Shown here: piece by piece, positions 1 through 9,613 of the stretch | Layout: every line of letters starts with the position of its first letter | Position numbering within the stretch: position 1 is the first letter of the stretch | Virus record (IMG/VR): IMGVR_UViG_3300022660_000058 | DNA length: 64,000 nucleotides | Origin: an uncultured virus (IMG/VR IMGVR_UViG_3300022660_000058) | Taxonomy: Duplodnaviria; Heunggongvirae; Uroviricota; Caudoviricetes | Reading direction: 5' to 3' (one strand) | Program-made: the position numbers and the translations under genes | The notes under the pieces: generated by a model | Databases searched by the model: none | What the model was told of the DNA's origin: nothing | What the model saw: only the letters and a program-made list of their open reading frames with translations

Positions 1-55
1 TCGACAGCTCAATGCTTTCCTACAATCAAACTGTTCCCTCCACCTGACATATTCT

Positions 56-84
56 ATTATAATATTATTTTCTTGTTTTGTCAA
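56..84 (-). promoter_or_regulatory. sigmaA-type promoter TTGACA-17-TATAAT reading out of the window
   Basis: Reverse strand TTGACA AAACAAGAAAATAATAT TATAAT; perfect consensus. Confidence 0.85.
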
Positions 85-103
85 TACCTTTTTGTAAAAT
101 TTT

Positions 104-367
104 TCAATTTCTTTTAAAACTCATATTGCTAATACTTCTGATTCCACAAAAGACTGCTCCTGATATTGAACGAATTGCGAATAACACCCAAAAGAAATCC
201 CAATATCCAATAGTAGGAAGGTCTGAAATATACTTACACACTACTTCATATCCTTTACCTACCAACCAAGCATTAAGAAAAGTTGCTAATATTGTACCCA
301 TAAAAGTTCCTAATACTGTGCCACAACCCTCTGCAATAATTTTTTCGTCAAACTTCTCTGTTGTCAT
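104..367 (-). CDS. small hypothetical membrane protein
   Basis: AGGAG RBS, two hydrophobic segments, co-oriented with the cluster. Confidence 0.7.
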   Translation of the reverse strand: MTTEKFDEKIIAEGCGTVLGTFMGTILATFLNAWLVGKGYEVVCKYISDLPTIGYWDFFWVLFAIRSISGAVFCGIRSISNMSFKRN

Positions 368-386
368 TGTTATATACTCCTTTCTA

Positions 387-1037
387 TTATGATACTACTG
401 ATACATTTCTATACTGTCTACCCCAATTTAAAGCTGTAGAATGACTGTCAAAATAAATATCAATTCTTGACTGACCGTGACCTGCTCCAAATCTATCTGC
501 CACCTGTACTTTACCATACCCTTCTATATATAGAATAGTACCCATTTTATAATAGTCACTTGCGACAGAATACCCCGATGTAAGTTTCATACCTGTAGCA
601 CCGTACTTCACCTCGTCATCTGTAGCCCACTTACCACAACACTTTGAGCATCCACAATAGGCTGTGATATTACCTTTAAAACTATTTGAATCAGAGCTTG
701 TCTTAGTTGTTGACGGCTTGGTTGTAGTCGGCTTGGTTGTTACAGGTTTCTTTGTGGTGGTTATAGCTTCAGTAGTAGCTTCAAGCTTTTCCTTATAATC
801 TTCAATTTGAGATTGATAAGTTTGAATTTCATCTACATAGCTTTCAACCTTACCTTCAAGCTCAGAATATTCAATGCTATATTCCTCAATTACAGATAGA
901 TATTCTGAGTTCTGTTGCATCAGCTCTTTCCGTTCTACTTGAACATATGCTATCGACATAGCAAAAATGATTAAGAAAACAGCACACAGTATTGTTGCAA
1001 TTCGTACATTAGTTTTTTCATTTCTTCTGACATTCAT
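387..1037 (-). CDS. membrane-anchored 3D-domain (MltA-like) cell-wall protein
   Basis: N-terminal TM helix, coiled coil, T/K/P linker, C-terminal ITAYC...VASD...ADRFG...RIDIYF 3D motifs. Confidence 0.85.
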   Translation of the reverse strand: MNVRRNEKTNVRIATILCAVFLIIFAMSIAYVQVERKELMQQNSEYLSVIEEYSIEYSELEGKVESYVDEIQTYQSQIEDYKEKLEATTEAITTTKKPVTTKPTTTKPSTTKTSSDSNSFKGNITAYCGCSKCCGKWATDDEVKYGATGMKLTSGYSVASDYYKMGTILYIEGYGKVQVADRFGAGHGQSRIDIYFDSHSTALNWGRQYRNVSVVS

Positions 1038-1175
1038 AATTATAACTCCTTAAATATTATTTTGTTTGCTTGTCTGTATATAATTATAATATTATTTACA
1101 CAAAAAAATCAATACGCAAAATACACAAAGAATTTATTGACTTTTCAACATTCTTTGTGCATTTTGTATATCCTG

Positions 1176-2246
1176 TTAATTTAGATATATGCTTTCGACA
1201 CCTACCTTGATTAATTCTTGTAAGCTACCTACCCTTGCATTGACAACTAAATGTCCGTCATTACCTGTTGGTACATAAGGTTCACAATAATTAAATTTAC
1301 CTGCTATTTGAGCTACTTCATATCTGTCAAGTTCTTTTGCACCCTTTTCTTTCATCATTGAATATGCTTCGTGTAAAATACCACTATGATACAAATTGGT
1401 TACAGTAATATAAGGATTGCCTACCCACTCCCTAATTACACGCACTCTTGCTTGTAATCCCTTTTGTTCCATAGGTACATCTATTTTCTTGCCACCAGCA
1501 GTTTTAAATACATAAACACTTTCAGGGAATCTTAATGTTCTTACTCCTAAACCGTTTGTTAATATCTTGTTAGGGTCTTTTCTGCTTTGAGCAGTACCGT
1601 TATTTAAATAATATGCCTGTTGAGATATAGTTAGTTTAAGTAGTTCAAAACATCTTTCAGAACAACCAAATATCTTTCTTACATTCCCTTTTTTATCAGT
1701 AGCAACAATACCTTTCTCTTTAAAATCAATATCTGTCTCTTTAAGATTTATTAATTCATCAGGCTTTAAACCATTAAATAGTAATTCTAACATACACCTA
1801 TCATTAAAATTAACCAACTTTTCTTCTATCTCTCTTACCTCTTGATAGGTTAGATACTTATTTTCCATAGCATTTTTATTCACATACTGTGAATAGTCTG
1901 TGATTATTTCAAATGGATTTAATGTTGTTAAATTGTGTTCAATACAGTAATTTATATACTTTTTAATATATGATATACCTGTTCTTACAGTAGCCACCGA
2001 TTTATAACTAAATTCATTTTCTATTAGTTCATTAACTTCGGCTAAATTAAAATTATATACACTTTTCCCAATTAGTTTTTCAAACTTATCAACCTTTAAT
2101 AAAACACCCTTCAATGTTTTTGCTGTACTTGGATTTAAAGTATTTAAAAAATCTTCTTTGTTGGCACTATCTATCTCAAATTTTCTATCTGCTAATGCCA
2201 CTAAACCATTTCGGCATACTTTAACCTCTTTCTTTTTGTTATTCAT
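1176..2246 (-). CDS. tyrosine-recombinase-fold protein with degenerate catalytic residues; SPbeta YopR/MrpR-like repressor
   Basis: Integrase-like DRCMLELLFNGLKPDELINL..DIDF (Arg->Lys), TNLYHSG in place of HxLRH; follows a yopQ-like gene. Confidence 0.7.
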   Translation of the reverse strand: MNNKKKEVKVCRNGLVALADRKFEIDSANKEDFLNTLNPSTAKTLKGVLLKVDKFEKLIGKSVYNFNLAEVNELIENEFSYKSVATVRTGISYIKKYINYCIEHNLTTLNPFEIITDYSQYVNKNAMENKYLTYQEVREIEEKLVNFNDRCMLELLFNGLKPDELINLKETDIDFKEKGIVATDKKGNVRKIFGCSERCFELLKLTISQQAYYLNNGTAQSRKDPNKILTNGLGVRTLRFPESVYVFKTAGGKKIDVPMEQKGLQARVRVIREWVGNPYITVTNLYHSGILHEAYSMMKEKGAKELDRYEVAQIAGKFNYCEPYVPTGNDGHLVVNARVGSLQELIKVGVESIYLN

Positions 2247-3585
2247 TCTCCCTCTCTCCTATAAACAAATTATATAATTTATTTTTTGCAGATTTATTTA
2301 AGTTATTAGTAAGATTAGATATATAAATATTATTCTGATTATCTCTGCCAAAATCATAAGAAGAAAACACTTTAGATACTATTTGTATCCAATCATTCAC
2401 TCCGTATAATTTTCTACTCATACCTATATATGCCATAAACATATATTTATTGGTTGAAAAATCATTCTTGCTTAAAAACTGACTAATGTGATTCAAGAAA
2501 TTTACTATCCAATCTGCTACTGATTTTGCCATAGATTTATTTGTTAATAAGTCACTATAATTATCTGCAATAGCTGTGGCAAGCAAACTCTTTTTAGTAT
2601 AACCGTCATATCTTAACTCTTGTTCAGTATTTTTTATCTTATCTGATAATTCAAACAAAGGACTATCTATAATTAAATCAACTACTAAATTTTCTATTTT
2701 ACTTTTGTCTAAAGTATTAACATACTCTTTTTTAATAGGTGTCTGCTTATTAATTTGCACCATAAAATCTTGTGCTTTTTGTTCTGTGAAATTTGTTATT
2801 GTAAGTTTCCAATTAAATTGAAGTTCAGGGTTTCTAATAATGGCTAATTGATTTGCTGTCTTTCTGTGAAAACCATCAAATATATCCATTTCACCACTAA
2901 TGATTTTTAATTCACCAACAACACCATCGGTTGATGAAAATTCAATTTCATCATCACCGTTTCTCAAAATATTTATTTTGATTTCGTCTGCAAATTGTCT
3001 ACCACTCAAAAGATTATCTGAAATTTCTTGTATCTTTTTTGTATTAACATTAATTCTTTTAATACCAAACATATCTATTTTTGCATTTCTTTGGGTGTTA
3101 AAGTTATAAATAATATCGTTAGCTCTGTCAATAAGTGCCAAATCTTGTGCCGATATAATTCCTGTATAATGACCATCTGACACTTTTAACATATTTGAAA
3201 AAGTATAAGGATACCCCTCTTCTTTTTCAGGGGTATAACTATGTTTAGAAAAATATTGTTGTTCGGATAAAGTAAAATAATCCTTAACATCTAATTTAGT
3301 TATTTCTTCTTCTAAACCAATAGATTCATCACTTCTATCTTTAAGTCTTAATGCTTCTTGAAATCCTTCTGTAAAAACATAAAGCACAAATAGTTCTTTA
3401 TCGTTTTTAATATCTAATGTTTCCAACTCTAATCTTCTGTTAAGTATTTTAATAGGATAACTACTCAATAAATTCTTTTCTGTAAATTTAGATTTTAGAT
3501 ATTCTTTGACTTGTCTATTTGTGCCATATTTATTTATCATTTGATTTAGTACATTAATTAAATTTGCGTTGCTTTGATTTAACAT
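2239..3585 (-). CDS. DndB/DGQHR-family (ParB/Srx-like) protein; SPbeta YopQ-like
   Basis: YNFNTQR...IFDGFHR...FMVQIN motifs; overlaps the yopR-like gene. Confidence 0.7.
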   Translation of the reverse strand: MLNQSNANLINVLNQMINKYGTNRQVKEYLKSKFTEKNLLSSYPIKILNRRLELETLDIKNDKELFVLYVFTEGFQEALRLKDRSDESIGLEEEITKLDVKDYFTLSEQQYFSKHSYTPEKEEGYPYTFSNMLKVSDGHYTGIISAQDLALIDRANDIIYNFNTQRNAKIDMFGIKRINVNTKKIQEISDNLLSGRQFADEIKINILRNGDDEIEFSSTDGVVGELKIISGEMDIFDGFHRKTANQLAIIRNPELQFNWKLTITNFTEQKAQDFMVQINKQTPIKKEYVNTLDKSKIENLVVDLIIDSPLFELSDKIKNTEQELRYDGYTKKSLLATAIADNYSDLLTNKSMAKSVADWIVNFLNHISQFLSKNDFSTNKYMFMAYIGMSRKLYGVNDWIQIVSKVFSSYDFGRDNQNNIYISNLTNNLNKSAKNKLYNLFIGERENE

Positions 3586-3614
3586 AATACACCACCTTTT
3601 TTACCATTAGTTTC

Positions 3615-3643
3615 ATAGTATCACAAGATGTATAATATGTCAA
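3615..3643 (-). promoter_or_regulatory. sigmaA promoter of the yopQ/yopR-like operon
   Basis: TTGACA-17-TACTAT with extended TG. Confidence 0.7.
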
Positions 3644-3676
3644 AGTTTTAGTTTATAAATTTTATTTTATTTTGCT

Positions 3677-3907
3677 TTAATAAATTGCTCTATAGGAAAA
3701 TTGATGACATTCTCCTATACTAACAGCAATTTTATTTAATTGTTCAATATAATCTGTGACACTCTTTTCGGTTTTAAACAGCTTAACAGCACATCTTTCC
3801 TTGGTGTTATAAGCAACATAATGTAATCCATCTTTTTCTTTTACATAACCAACAACATATTTACCATTTTCATCAATAATAACATACCCTTTTCTGTCTT
3901 TCATCAA
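3677..3907 (-). CDS. hypothetical phage protein
   Basis: AAGGGGG RBS, co-oriented ORF. Confidence 0.65.
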   Translation of the reverse strand: MMKDRKGYVIIDENGKYVVGYVKEKDGLHYVAYNTKERCAVKLFKTEKSVTDYIEQLNKIAVSIGECHQFSYRAIY

Positions 3908-4021
3908 ACTATCCCCCTTGAAGTCTTGATAATTAGAATAATAAATGTTATAATTACGGTGTCGGAGCTTATCATTCTAATGCTTATGTCTTAGTTTGAT
4001 ATTATCTCTAATATAATTCTT

Positions 4022-4047
4022 GCAGGGTAATTTAGATATTACCCTGC
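4022..4047 (-). terminator. hairpin, probable terminator
   Basis: GCAGGGTAAT-TTAGAT-ATTACCCTGC inverted repeat downstream of the 4064..4411 gene. Confidence 0.5.
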
Positions 4048-4063
4048 TTTAATTTTCTGTCAA

Positions 4064-4411
4064 TTATAGCTTTATATACCATTCTGCAACAACCTCTGCA
4101 ATCTTTGTAGGGATTTTATAATATGTGTTGCGGATAGCTGTAACAACAATATCCTTAGTCACCTCTTCTACGGTGCTTTCTGCAAGATAAGTATTGATAC
4201 AATTAAGCATTTCTTTTTCTGTTACTGTAAAACTCATAGAATTTTTGGTTATCAGCTTTCCATTAGCAACAACAAAATCATCAAGAATAAAGAACAGATT
4301 TCCGTCAGTTTCTTTTACCATCAGCACTTCATTTTCAGGGATATATGCAAGTGCTACCACTCTTGTATCGTGCATAAAATACTTCTTGCCAACCTCAATT
4401 ACATTTTTCAT
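4064..4411 (-). CDS. hypothetical phage protein
   Basis: AAGGAG RBS, co-oriented ORF. Confidence 0.7.
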   Translation of the reverse strand: MKNVIEVGKKYFMHDTRVVALAYIPENEVLMVKETDGNLFFILDDFVVANGKLITKNSMSFTVTEKEMLNCINTYLAESTVEEVTKDIVVTAIRNTYYKIPTKIAEVVAEWYIKL

Positions 4412-4438
4412 AAATCATTACTCCTTTAAAAATAAATT

Positions 4439-4702
4439 TTAATCTTTAATTAATTCTTTAATATCAAAGTTATATAGGACAGCCAACCATAATGCATCTT
4501 CAAATGTAGGAATATTAGGTGAACTCAAAGCAAACCAACTGTTAACCTTATGAGCATTATATTGAGTATCTTCAATAACCTGTTTGTTTTTGATACGAAG
4601 TTTCTTAGAAATCGTTGACAAATTAATTGTAATAATTCTTCTGTCCATATTATTGTACTTTCTCATAATTTCAAGGAACTCTTCCTGTGTATAGTTTATC
4701 AT
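4439..4702 (-). CDS. small HTH (XRE-like) regulator
   Basis: Start revised to ATG 4702 (GAGGTG RBS; promoter at 4734-4762 lies inside the longer ORF). C-terminal NSWF...NIPTFEDALWLAVLYNFDIKELI is XRE-like. Confidence 0.55.
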   Translation of the reverse strand: MINYTQEEFLEIMRKYNNMDRRIITINLSTISKKLRIKNKQVIEDTQYNAHKVNSWFALSSPNIPTFEDALWLAVLYNFDIKELIKD

Positions 4703-4733
4703 TCTTTCACCTCTCGTTGTCAATTCTAATCCA

Positions 4734-4762
4734 ATTATAGCATTATCAATATTTTCTGTCAA
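4734..4762 (-). promoter_or_regulatory. sigmaA promoter
   Basis: TTGACA-17-TATAAT. Confidence 0.8.
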
Positions 4763-4793
4763 TATAAATATTATTTTATTTACTTATGGAAAA

Positions 4794-5417
4794 TTAGTGC
4801 TTACTTTCCATAATTACACCACATTTCTTACATTCAATTTCCAATCCCTCTTCCCCTCTTACACTAATTTCACAACAAGGGCAAGTGTATTTGGTAGTTT
4901 TCTTTGTGGTCTTTTTAGTTTCTTTGCCTTTACCCATAGGTATCTTTCTGAAGAATTTAAAATTATCCTCATTGATATTTAAGCTCTGCACATATTTAAT
5001 AAACTGTTCTGTCGGTGTGGTAACACTCCAACCAATAGTCTGTGCTTTTTCAATAATCAAATCTCTCTTCTCTGCTTCTTCCTTGAACCTCTTATTATGA
5101 TATACATTGCCATTACTTGTGTCTTTAATATCATTTATTCTGCAATACAGATGTACCATTTCGTGATTTACTGTACCACAAAGATTTGCTAAAGGTCTAC
5201 TGAGATGTTCTGCCGAAACATTGATTTCGTGGAAGAGCTGTCCTTCGTCTCCCTGTCCACCCCAACGGTCAGGTGCGAACCATCCATATGCCTTACCTTT
5301 AGGTGATGACTGAATGGTAATCACTACTTCAGGCAGTTCATTGTTGTAATATTTTCTGTTAAGATTATCATAGATATTCTTCAGTTCTTTAACTGCATTT
5401 GTATAAAACTCTGTCAT
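4794..5417 (-). CDS. SprT-like zinc metalloprotease
   Basis: HEMVH zincin motif, YHNKRFK, C-terminal CPCC..CKKC zinc ribbon. Confidence 0.85.
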   Translation of the reverse strand: MTEFYTNAVKELKNIYDNLNRKYYNNELPEVVITIQSSPKGKAYGWFAPDRWGGQGDEGQLFHEINVSAEHLSRPLANLCGTVNHEMVHLYCRINDIKDTSNGNVYHNKRFKEEAEKRDLIIEKAQTIGWSVTTPTEQFIKYVQSLNINEDNFKFFRKIPMGKGKETKKTTKKTTKYTCPCCEISVRGEEGLEIECKKCGVIMESKH

Positions 5418-5452
5418 AGCTCAATACTCCTTTATACTTTTAAAATTTAATT

Positions 5453-5647
5453 TTAATCTTCCATATACATTTCTTCATACATTTCCATATCTTCAAGTGC
5501 TGAAATAAGTCCGTCAAAATCCTCGTTCTCACCAAGCATACTTGCCAAACCATATACCTCCATATATGAAACACCGTATGATTTTGCTAAACTTTCAAGA
5601 TATTCTCTTCTGTTCTTATAACCATTTCTTGTATAAACATTACTCAT
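5453..5647 (-). CDS. hypothetical acidic phage protein
   Basis: Coupled (ATGA overlap) to the upstream gene; GYKNRREYL..LGENEDFDGL. Confidence 0.7.
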   Translation of the reverse strand: MSNVYTRNGYKNRREYLESLAKSYGVSYMEVYGLASMLGENEDFDGLISALEDMEMYEEMYMED

Positions 5648-5958
5648 CGGATTTCCCTCCAACCATTCTTTTGAATTATAGCTCTCATATTTGCAACACC
5701 TACAGGATTAGCAGAGTGCAGTATAAATATAATGTTGCTAACTGCCTCGGCAAATTCTTGACTTCTGTGTGCTTTTCTTTCCAACTCCTCAACAATAATA
5801 ATAGCATCACCACCAAAAGTATCTCCCATATCGTGGTCTAAGTGAAGAATTTCAACTTCTTTTATATTCGCAACAATTAGTCGTAAAGCTTCGTTTGTGC
5901 TTTTGCACCATATATATCCTTCAGGTGCAGGTCTTACATCGTCAACCCAAACTTTCAT
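5644..5958 (-). CDS. cyclic-phosphate-processing receiver-domain protein
   Basis: KVWVDDVRPAP...LDHDMG...HSANPVG signature; start revised to MKVWV. Confidence 0.75.
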   Translation of the reverse strand: MKVWVDDVRPAPEGYIWCKSTNEALRLIVANIKEVEILHLDHDMGDTFGGDAIIIVEELERKAHRSQEFAEAVSNIIFILHSANPVGVANMRAIIQKNGWREIR

Positions 5959-5977
5959 TTTTCTGCCACCCTTCTTA

Positions 5978-6292
5978 TTATTGCATTGTTCTGCTAAAAG
6001 CTTCAACAAGTATTTTGGATAACTTATCATAAATTTTATATTGTTTTGTTGTAGTTTGAATAAGTTCTTCATATAATGGTCGGATAAGTTTAGAAGCTTC
6101 TTCTACTGTAAATCCGTATGTAACAACACTATCATAAGAGTATTCTTCATCCTGCCTTTTCTTTGTTGGATTAGTCACAAAGTAACAAACTCCGTCTTTA
6201 CTCACAAGAACGGTATCATTATCTTCTGCCATTACAAGACAATCACCAAGATTTTTTAGTGTAATTTTTTCTGCGATTCTCACTATAATCAC
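5978..6292 (-). CDS. hypothetical phage protein
   Basis: AGGAG RBS, co-oriented. Confidence 0.65.
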   Translation of the reverse strand: MIIVRIAEKITLKNLGDCLVMAEDNDTVLVSKDGVCYFVTNPTKKRQDEEYSYDSVVTYGFTVEEASKLIRPLYEELIQTTTKQYKIYDKLSKILVEAFSRTMQ

Positions 6293-6299
6293 TCTCCTA

Positions 6300-6482
6300 T
6301 TATATAACTCTTACTTTAAAGTATTCAGGTTTATAAACCTGACACAAGGCATTTGCACAAGTATAAGCATTGCCACTACTCGACACCTTTGCTAACACAA
6401 ATACATCTCCAACCTTACAGTTACAACAAGATTGAAATTTAATACACTCTGCCGTTACTGTCCACCATTTTTTATTTGCCAT
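6300..6482 (-). CDS. hypothetical Cys-rich protein
   Basis: AAGGAG RBS, promoter at 6522-6550. Confidence 0.65.
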   Translation of the reverse strand: MANKKWWTVTAECIKFQSCCNCKVGDVFVLAKVSSSGNAYTCANALCQVYKPEYFKVRVI

Positions 6483-6521
6483 TTGACTCTCTCTCCTTTG
6501 CTATCTCTTATTTACAATATA

Positions 6522-6550
6522 ATTATAACACTATTAATGCAATTTGTCAA
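6522..6550 (-). promoter_or_regulatory. sigmaA promoter
   Basis: TTGACA-17-TATAAT with extended TG. Confidence 0.8.
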
Positions 6551-6583
6551 GAGTTTTTTGTAAATTATTTTTAAAATTTTATT

Positions 6584-6808
6584 TTATTTTTCTGCTTGGA
6601 GTAGCCAATCGGTAAACCGATTAGTTAACTCTCTTGCCTTGCTACCTAACATCCAAGGAAAAACTGTTTTGGCTAACAAATCAAACACAGTTATATCTTC
6701 GCCCAGCTCGATAAAAAAGGTAGATGTATAAGCACACACTATTATTAATGCAGTTACACTCCATACAAGTATTCTTCTTTTGTTCATTTCTTTATACCTC
6801 TTATCCAA
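6584..6808 (-). CDS. hypothetical membrane protein
   Basis: Hydrophobic helix, co-oriented. Confidence 0.6.
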   Translation of the reverse strand: MDKRYKEMNKRRILVWSVTALIIVCAYTSTFFIELGEDITVFDLLAKTVFPWMLGSKARELTNRFTDWLLQAEK

Positions 6809-7187
6809 ATATCACATCATCAAAAACAGCATACTGAATAATACAATCACAAGTAGTAGCATCGTAATTCTCTAAATCACAATCCCAAGGTCTTTCTTCT
6901 GCATTTTTCTGTATTCCTACAAGCAATCTGTCAAGGGTAAAATCATACTTAGGCTCTTCATCCTCTTTTATATCTGTGATTTTAACTTTGCCACCATTCA
7001 GGATAATCTTTGCTACAATTTCAGCAGTAGCAAGGTCTGTTGTATTGTAATACTTTTCAAATTCCTCTGTGTCATTGTGAAGCATAGCCCAATATCCAAT
7101 GCCTGTTTCAAGCCCATCAATGACAAGATTCGTAATCTCTTCTTCTGTGATTTTCTTCTTAATTGTATATTCAAACTCTCTGCTCAT
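6801..7187 (-). CDS. hypothetical phage protein
   Basis: AAGGAG RBS; GIGYWA and DATTCDCIIQYAVFDDVIFG phage-type motifs. Confidence 0.75.
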   Translation of the reverse strand: MSREFEYTIKKKITEEEITNLVIDGLETGIGYWAMLHNDTEEFEKYYNTTDLATAEIVAKIILNGGKVKITDIKEDEEPKYDFTLDRLLVGIQKNAEERPWDCDLENYDATTCDCIIQYAVFDDVIFG

Positions 7188-7198
7188 ATTATCTCTCC

Positions 7199-7408
7199 TT
7201 ATCCCATTTTATAATTTTTGTACCAACTGTCTTTTCTCGGTGTTGTTCTTGGCTTATATTTATTACAATCTTTTATATCACAACCTCTCGGTTCTTCTGT
7301 TTTTATACAATAACAACAAGCTTTATACGGTGTGTATTCCCACATAAGGATTTCACCATATTCACAACTCTCCCACTTCGGACAGTCACAATGTTTTACA
7401 TTACTCAT
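7199..7408 (-). CDS. hypothetical Cys-rich protein
   Basis: GAGGT RBS, co-oriented. Confidence 0.6.
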   Translation of the reverse strand: MSNVKHCDCPKWESCEYGEILMWEYTPYKACCYCIKTEEPRGCDIKDCNKYKPRTTPRKDSWYKNYKMG

Positions 7409-7441
7409 AATTCAATACCTCTTTCTTTATTATACTCTTTA

Positions 7442-7858
7442 TTATTCTTTAGTCCAATAGTTTCCTATACAACCGTCTGTGCTATCCCAAGTATCAATCA
7501 CTTTTCCATCTTTAATGCAGACTATATGACCACCACCAATATGTGCCACACAAGTGCCTTTAAACTTTTTCACAAATTCTACACCTGTATATTTTGTGCC
7601 ATCTGCTTTTTTAGGCTGTTTCTGTTTTATCCAACCATTATCAGCTAAATATTTGGAATAACATTCTGTACTACCCATAGACACTTTATATTTGATGACA
7701 TACTCAAATAATCCTTTTGCCACATCATCCCAGCTTTTATCCATTGCAGTACATATTGCCCTTATAACACAATCACCTGTTCTTCTGTCTTTAGGATTTG
7801 CATTATAAAACTTAAAAGATTTTGTGTTTGTTGGTATTTTTCTAATTGCCATAATCAT
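7442..7858 (-). CDS. phage protein with possible Cys-His-Asp hydrolase motif
   Basis: YNANP...GDCVIRAI...HIVCI...DTWDS; start revised (AGGAG RBS; promoter 7883-7911). Confidence 0.65.
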   Translation of the reverse strand: MIMAIRKIPTNTKSFKFYNANPKDRRTGDCVIRAICTAMDKSWDDVAKGLFEYVIKYKVSMGSTECYSKYLADNGWIKQKQPKKADGTKYTGVEFVKKFKGTCVAHIGGGHIVCIKDGKVIDTWDSTDGCIGNYWTKE

Positions 7859-7882
7859 AACTCCTTTTCTGTTGTTGATATA

Positions 7883-7911
7883 ATTATAACATACATAATG
7901 CAATTTGTCAA
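7883..7911 (-). promoter_or_regulatory. sigmaA promoter
   Basis: TTGACA-17-TATAAT with extended TG. Confidence 0.8.
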
Positions 7912-7943
7912 TACCTTTTTTAAAATTTTATTTTATTTTTTTG

Positions 7944-8108
7944 TCAGTATTCTAAAGATTTCTGCCAACTTTTATCTTTTCTGTTGTACTTATCTTTCCT
8001 ATTAACAACTTTTGTTATCGGTGAACAAGTCCACAAAGTTCTCTGCTTATTATTCTGCTCTTTCTTTTGTTTCTTATTAGGATTTTTATTTGTTACATAT
8101 CGTTTCAT
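7944..8108 (-). CDS. small basic hypothetical protein
   Basis: AAGGAG RBS before MKRYV. Confidence 0.6.
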   Translation of the reverse strand: MKRYVTNKNPNKKQKKEQNNKQRTLWTCSPITKVVNRKDKYNRKDKSWQKSLEY

Positions 8109-8299
8109 AATTAATACTCCTTGTAAGGACATTCAAGCACACAATTTAAGCAATCATTATTACAATAACCATTTTCAACTGTACTGCTTTCACCATTGTC
8201 ATAGCTTTCAAATGCATCATATTCTGCCATTTTGCTCATAGCTTCTGTGCCATAGATAAATCTGTTAATATTCTGTCTCATAATTATAATCTCCTTCTG

Positions 8300-8881
8300 T
8301 CAAATTTCAATATCGTCAATGGTTAAATTACTTATTCTAATTCTTTCTGCTATAAATTCTTTTGCCAATACTTTAAGTCTATCAATATCAGCTAATACAC
8401 TCTCACCTTTTATTGATAAATCTGAATCAGTTACTCTTTTATATACCTTTTCATACTCTGCTCTAATGCTCATTAAATGCTCATTAAAGCTCTTTATATA
8501 AGAGGTAATATAAATTCCCTGCTCACCCTCATAAATCGCTCTAACCTGTGTAGAATACATTATTTTATGCTCTACAAAGTGAATGTTTAACATATCGGCA
8601 GGAATATATAAATCTGCTTCTATATCACTACCACAAAACTCTTTACCTTGACTGATAGCAAATACTGTTCCGTCAAACTTAACTTTTCTCTTCAGCTTCA
8701 ACTCTTCTATGGGTAATTCAACTTCTTTTATATCACCCTGCTTTGTTTCAAGCCAACCACTATTTGAGGAAACAACAATCCCCTCTGCATTATAAAAATG
8801 TATCTGATGAATTTTATAAGCCTTATTGTTTACTGTTATTGCATAAGGTCTGTACCAATTAGTTGTTCTTCCTATCTTCAT
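8300..8881 (-). CDS. hypothetical phage protein
   Basis: GGAGG RBS, 193 aa, co-oriented. Confidence 0.75.
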   Translation of the reverse strand: MKIGRTTNWYRPYAITVNNKAYKIHQIHFYNAEGIVVSSNSGWLETKQGDIKEVELPIEELKLKRKVKFDGTVFAISQGKEFCGSDIEADLYIPADMLNIHFVEHKIMYSTQVRAIYEGEQGIYITSYIKSFNEHLMSIRAEYEKVYKRVTDSDLSIKGESVLADIDRLKVLAKEFIAERIRISNLTIDDIEI

Positions 8882-9069
8882 AATTAATCCTCCCTAAGTA
8901 ATCTTTGAAGTCTATCAACTTCCCTTTGCAATGCTCGTGGGTCTTTGCCACACTCATCCATTTGTTCAATGGTTGACTGCAAATATTCTATTCTGTGTTC
9001 TACATACTGTTTGCATCTTATGAGTATTTCCATACCTTTAATAAAATCATTATCCATAACAAACCCTCC

Positions 9070-9591
9070 TTAAACTGCAATTTTTGAATACCAAGTTTCA
9101 CCATTACTGAATCTTGCTGATACACCATAAGCTTCAAAACCATACTCTTCACCAAGCTTTTTGAGTATCTTATTTATTTTGTTGATTTCTGACTTGTATT
9201 TTCTTCTTGCCTGACTTCTATACATATCATAGTAACAATGTGCATCATAGTTATCAAGGTCAAGCTCACCGTTAGCATCTTCATCGTGATGCATAGTTTC
9301 ACAATAAAACTGAACACCTGAATAATAGCCACTCTTTAATTCAATCTTGTGGAAAATCAAATCATAATTGATTTCTTTAAGCTTTTTATCAATCTCATTG
9401 CAAATGTACTCTGCCTCCCATTCATCATAAAAGCTTTCTGCTTCATTTGATAAATCACAACCACAAAATTCACATTCATCATTTTCGTTATCCTGCATTG
9501 TTCTACATTCGGGACAAATTTTACACTCTTCATAAAAATCTCTTGCCCAAAGAGGGAAATTATCCATACTCCAAAAATTAGCTGTACCCAT
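9070..9591 (-). CDS. hypothetical phage protein with zinc ribbon
   Basis: CPEC..CEFC, GYYSGVQF, FSNGETWY. Confidence 0.75.
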   Translation of the reverse strand: MGTANFWSMDNFPLWARDFYEECKICPECRTMQDNENDECEFCGCDLSNEAESFYDEWEAEYICNEIDKKLKEINYDLIFHKIELKSGYYSGVQFYCETMHHDEDANGELDLDNYDAHCYYDMYRSQARRKYKSEINKINKILKKLGEEYGFEAYGVSARFSNGETWYSKIAV

Positions 9592-9613
9592 AAATCTTAA
9601 CCCCTTTCAAATA

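Noticed and set aside
1..50. Possible ncRNA or tRNA downstream of the promoter at 56-84
   Set aside because: Truncated by the window edge and not recognisable. No tRNA was recognised anywhere in the window.
1176..2246. Active integrase marking a prophage boundary
   Set aside because: Catalytic residues are degenerate and phage-type genes continue on both sides.
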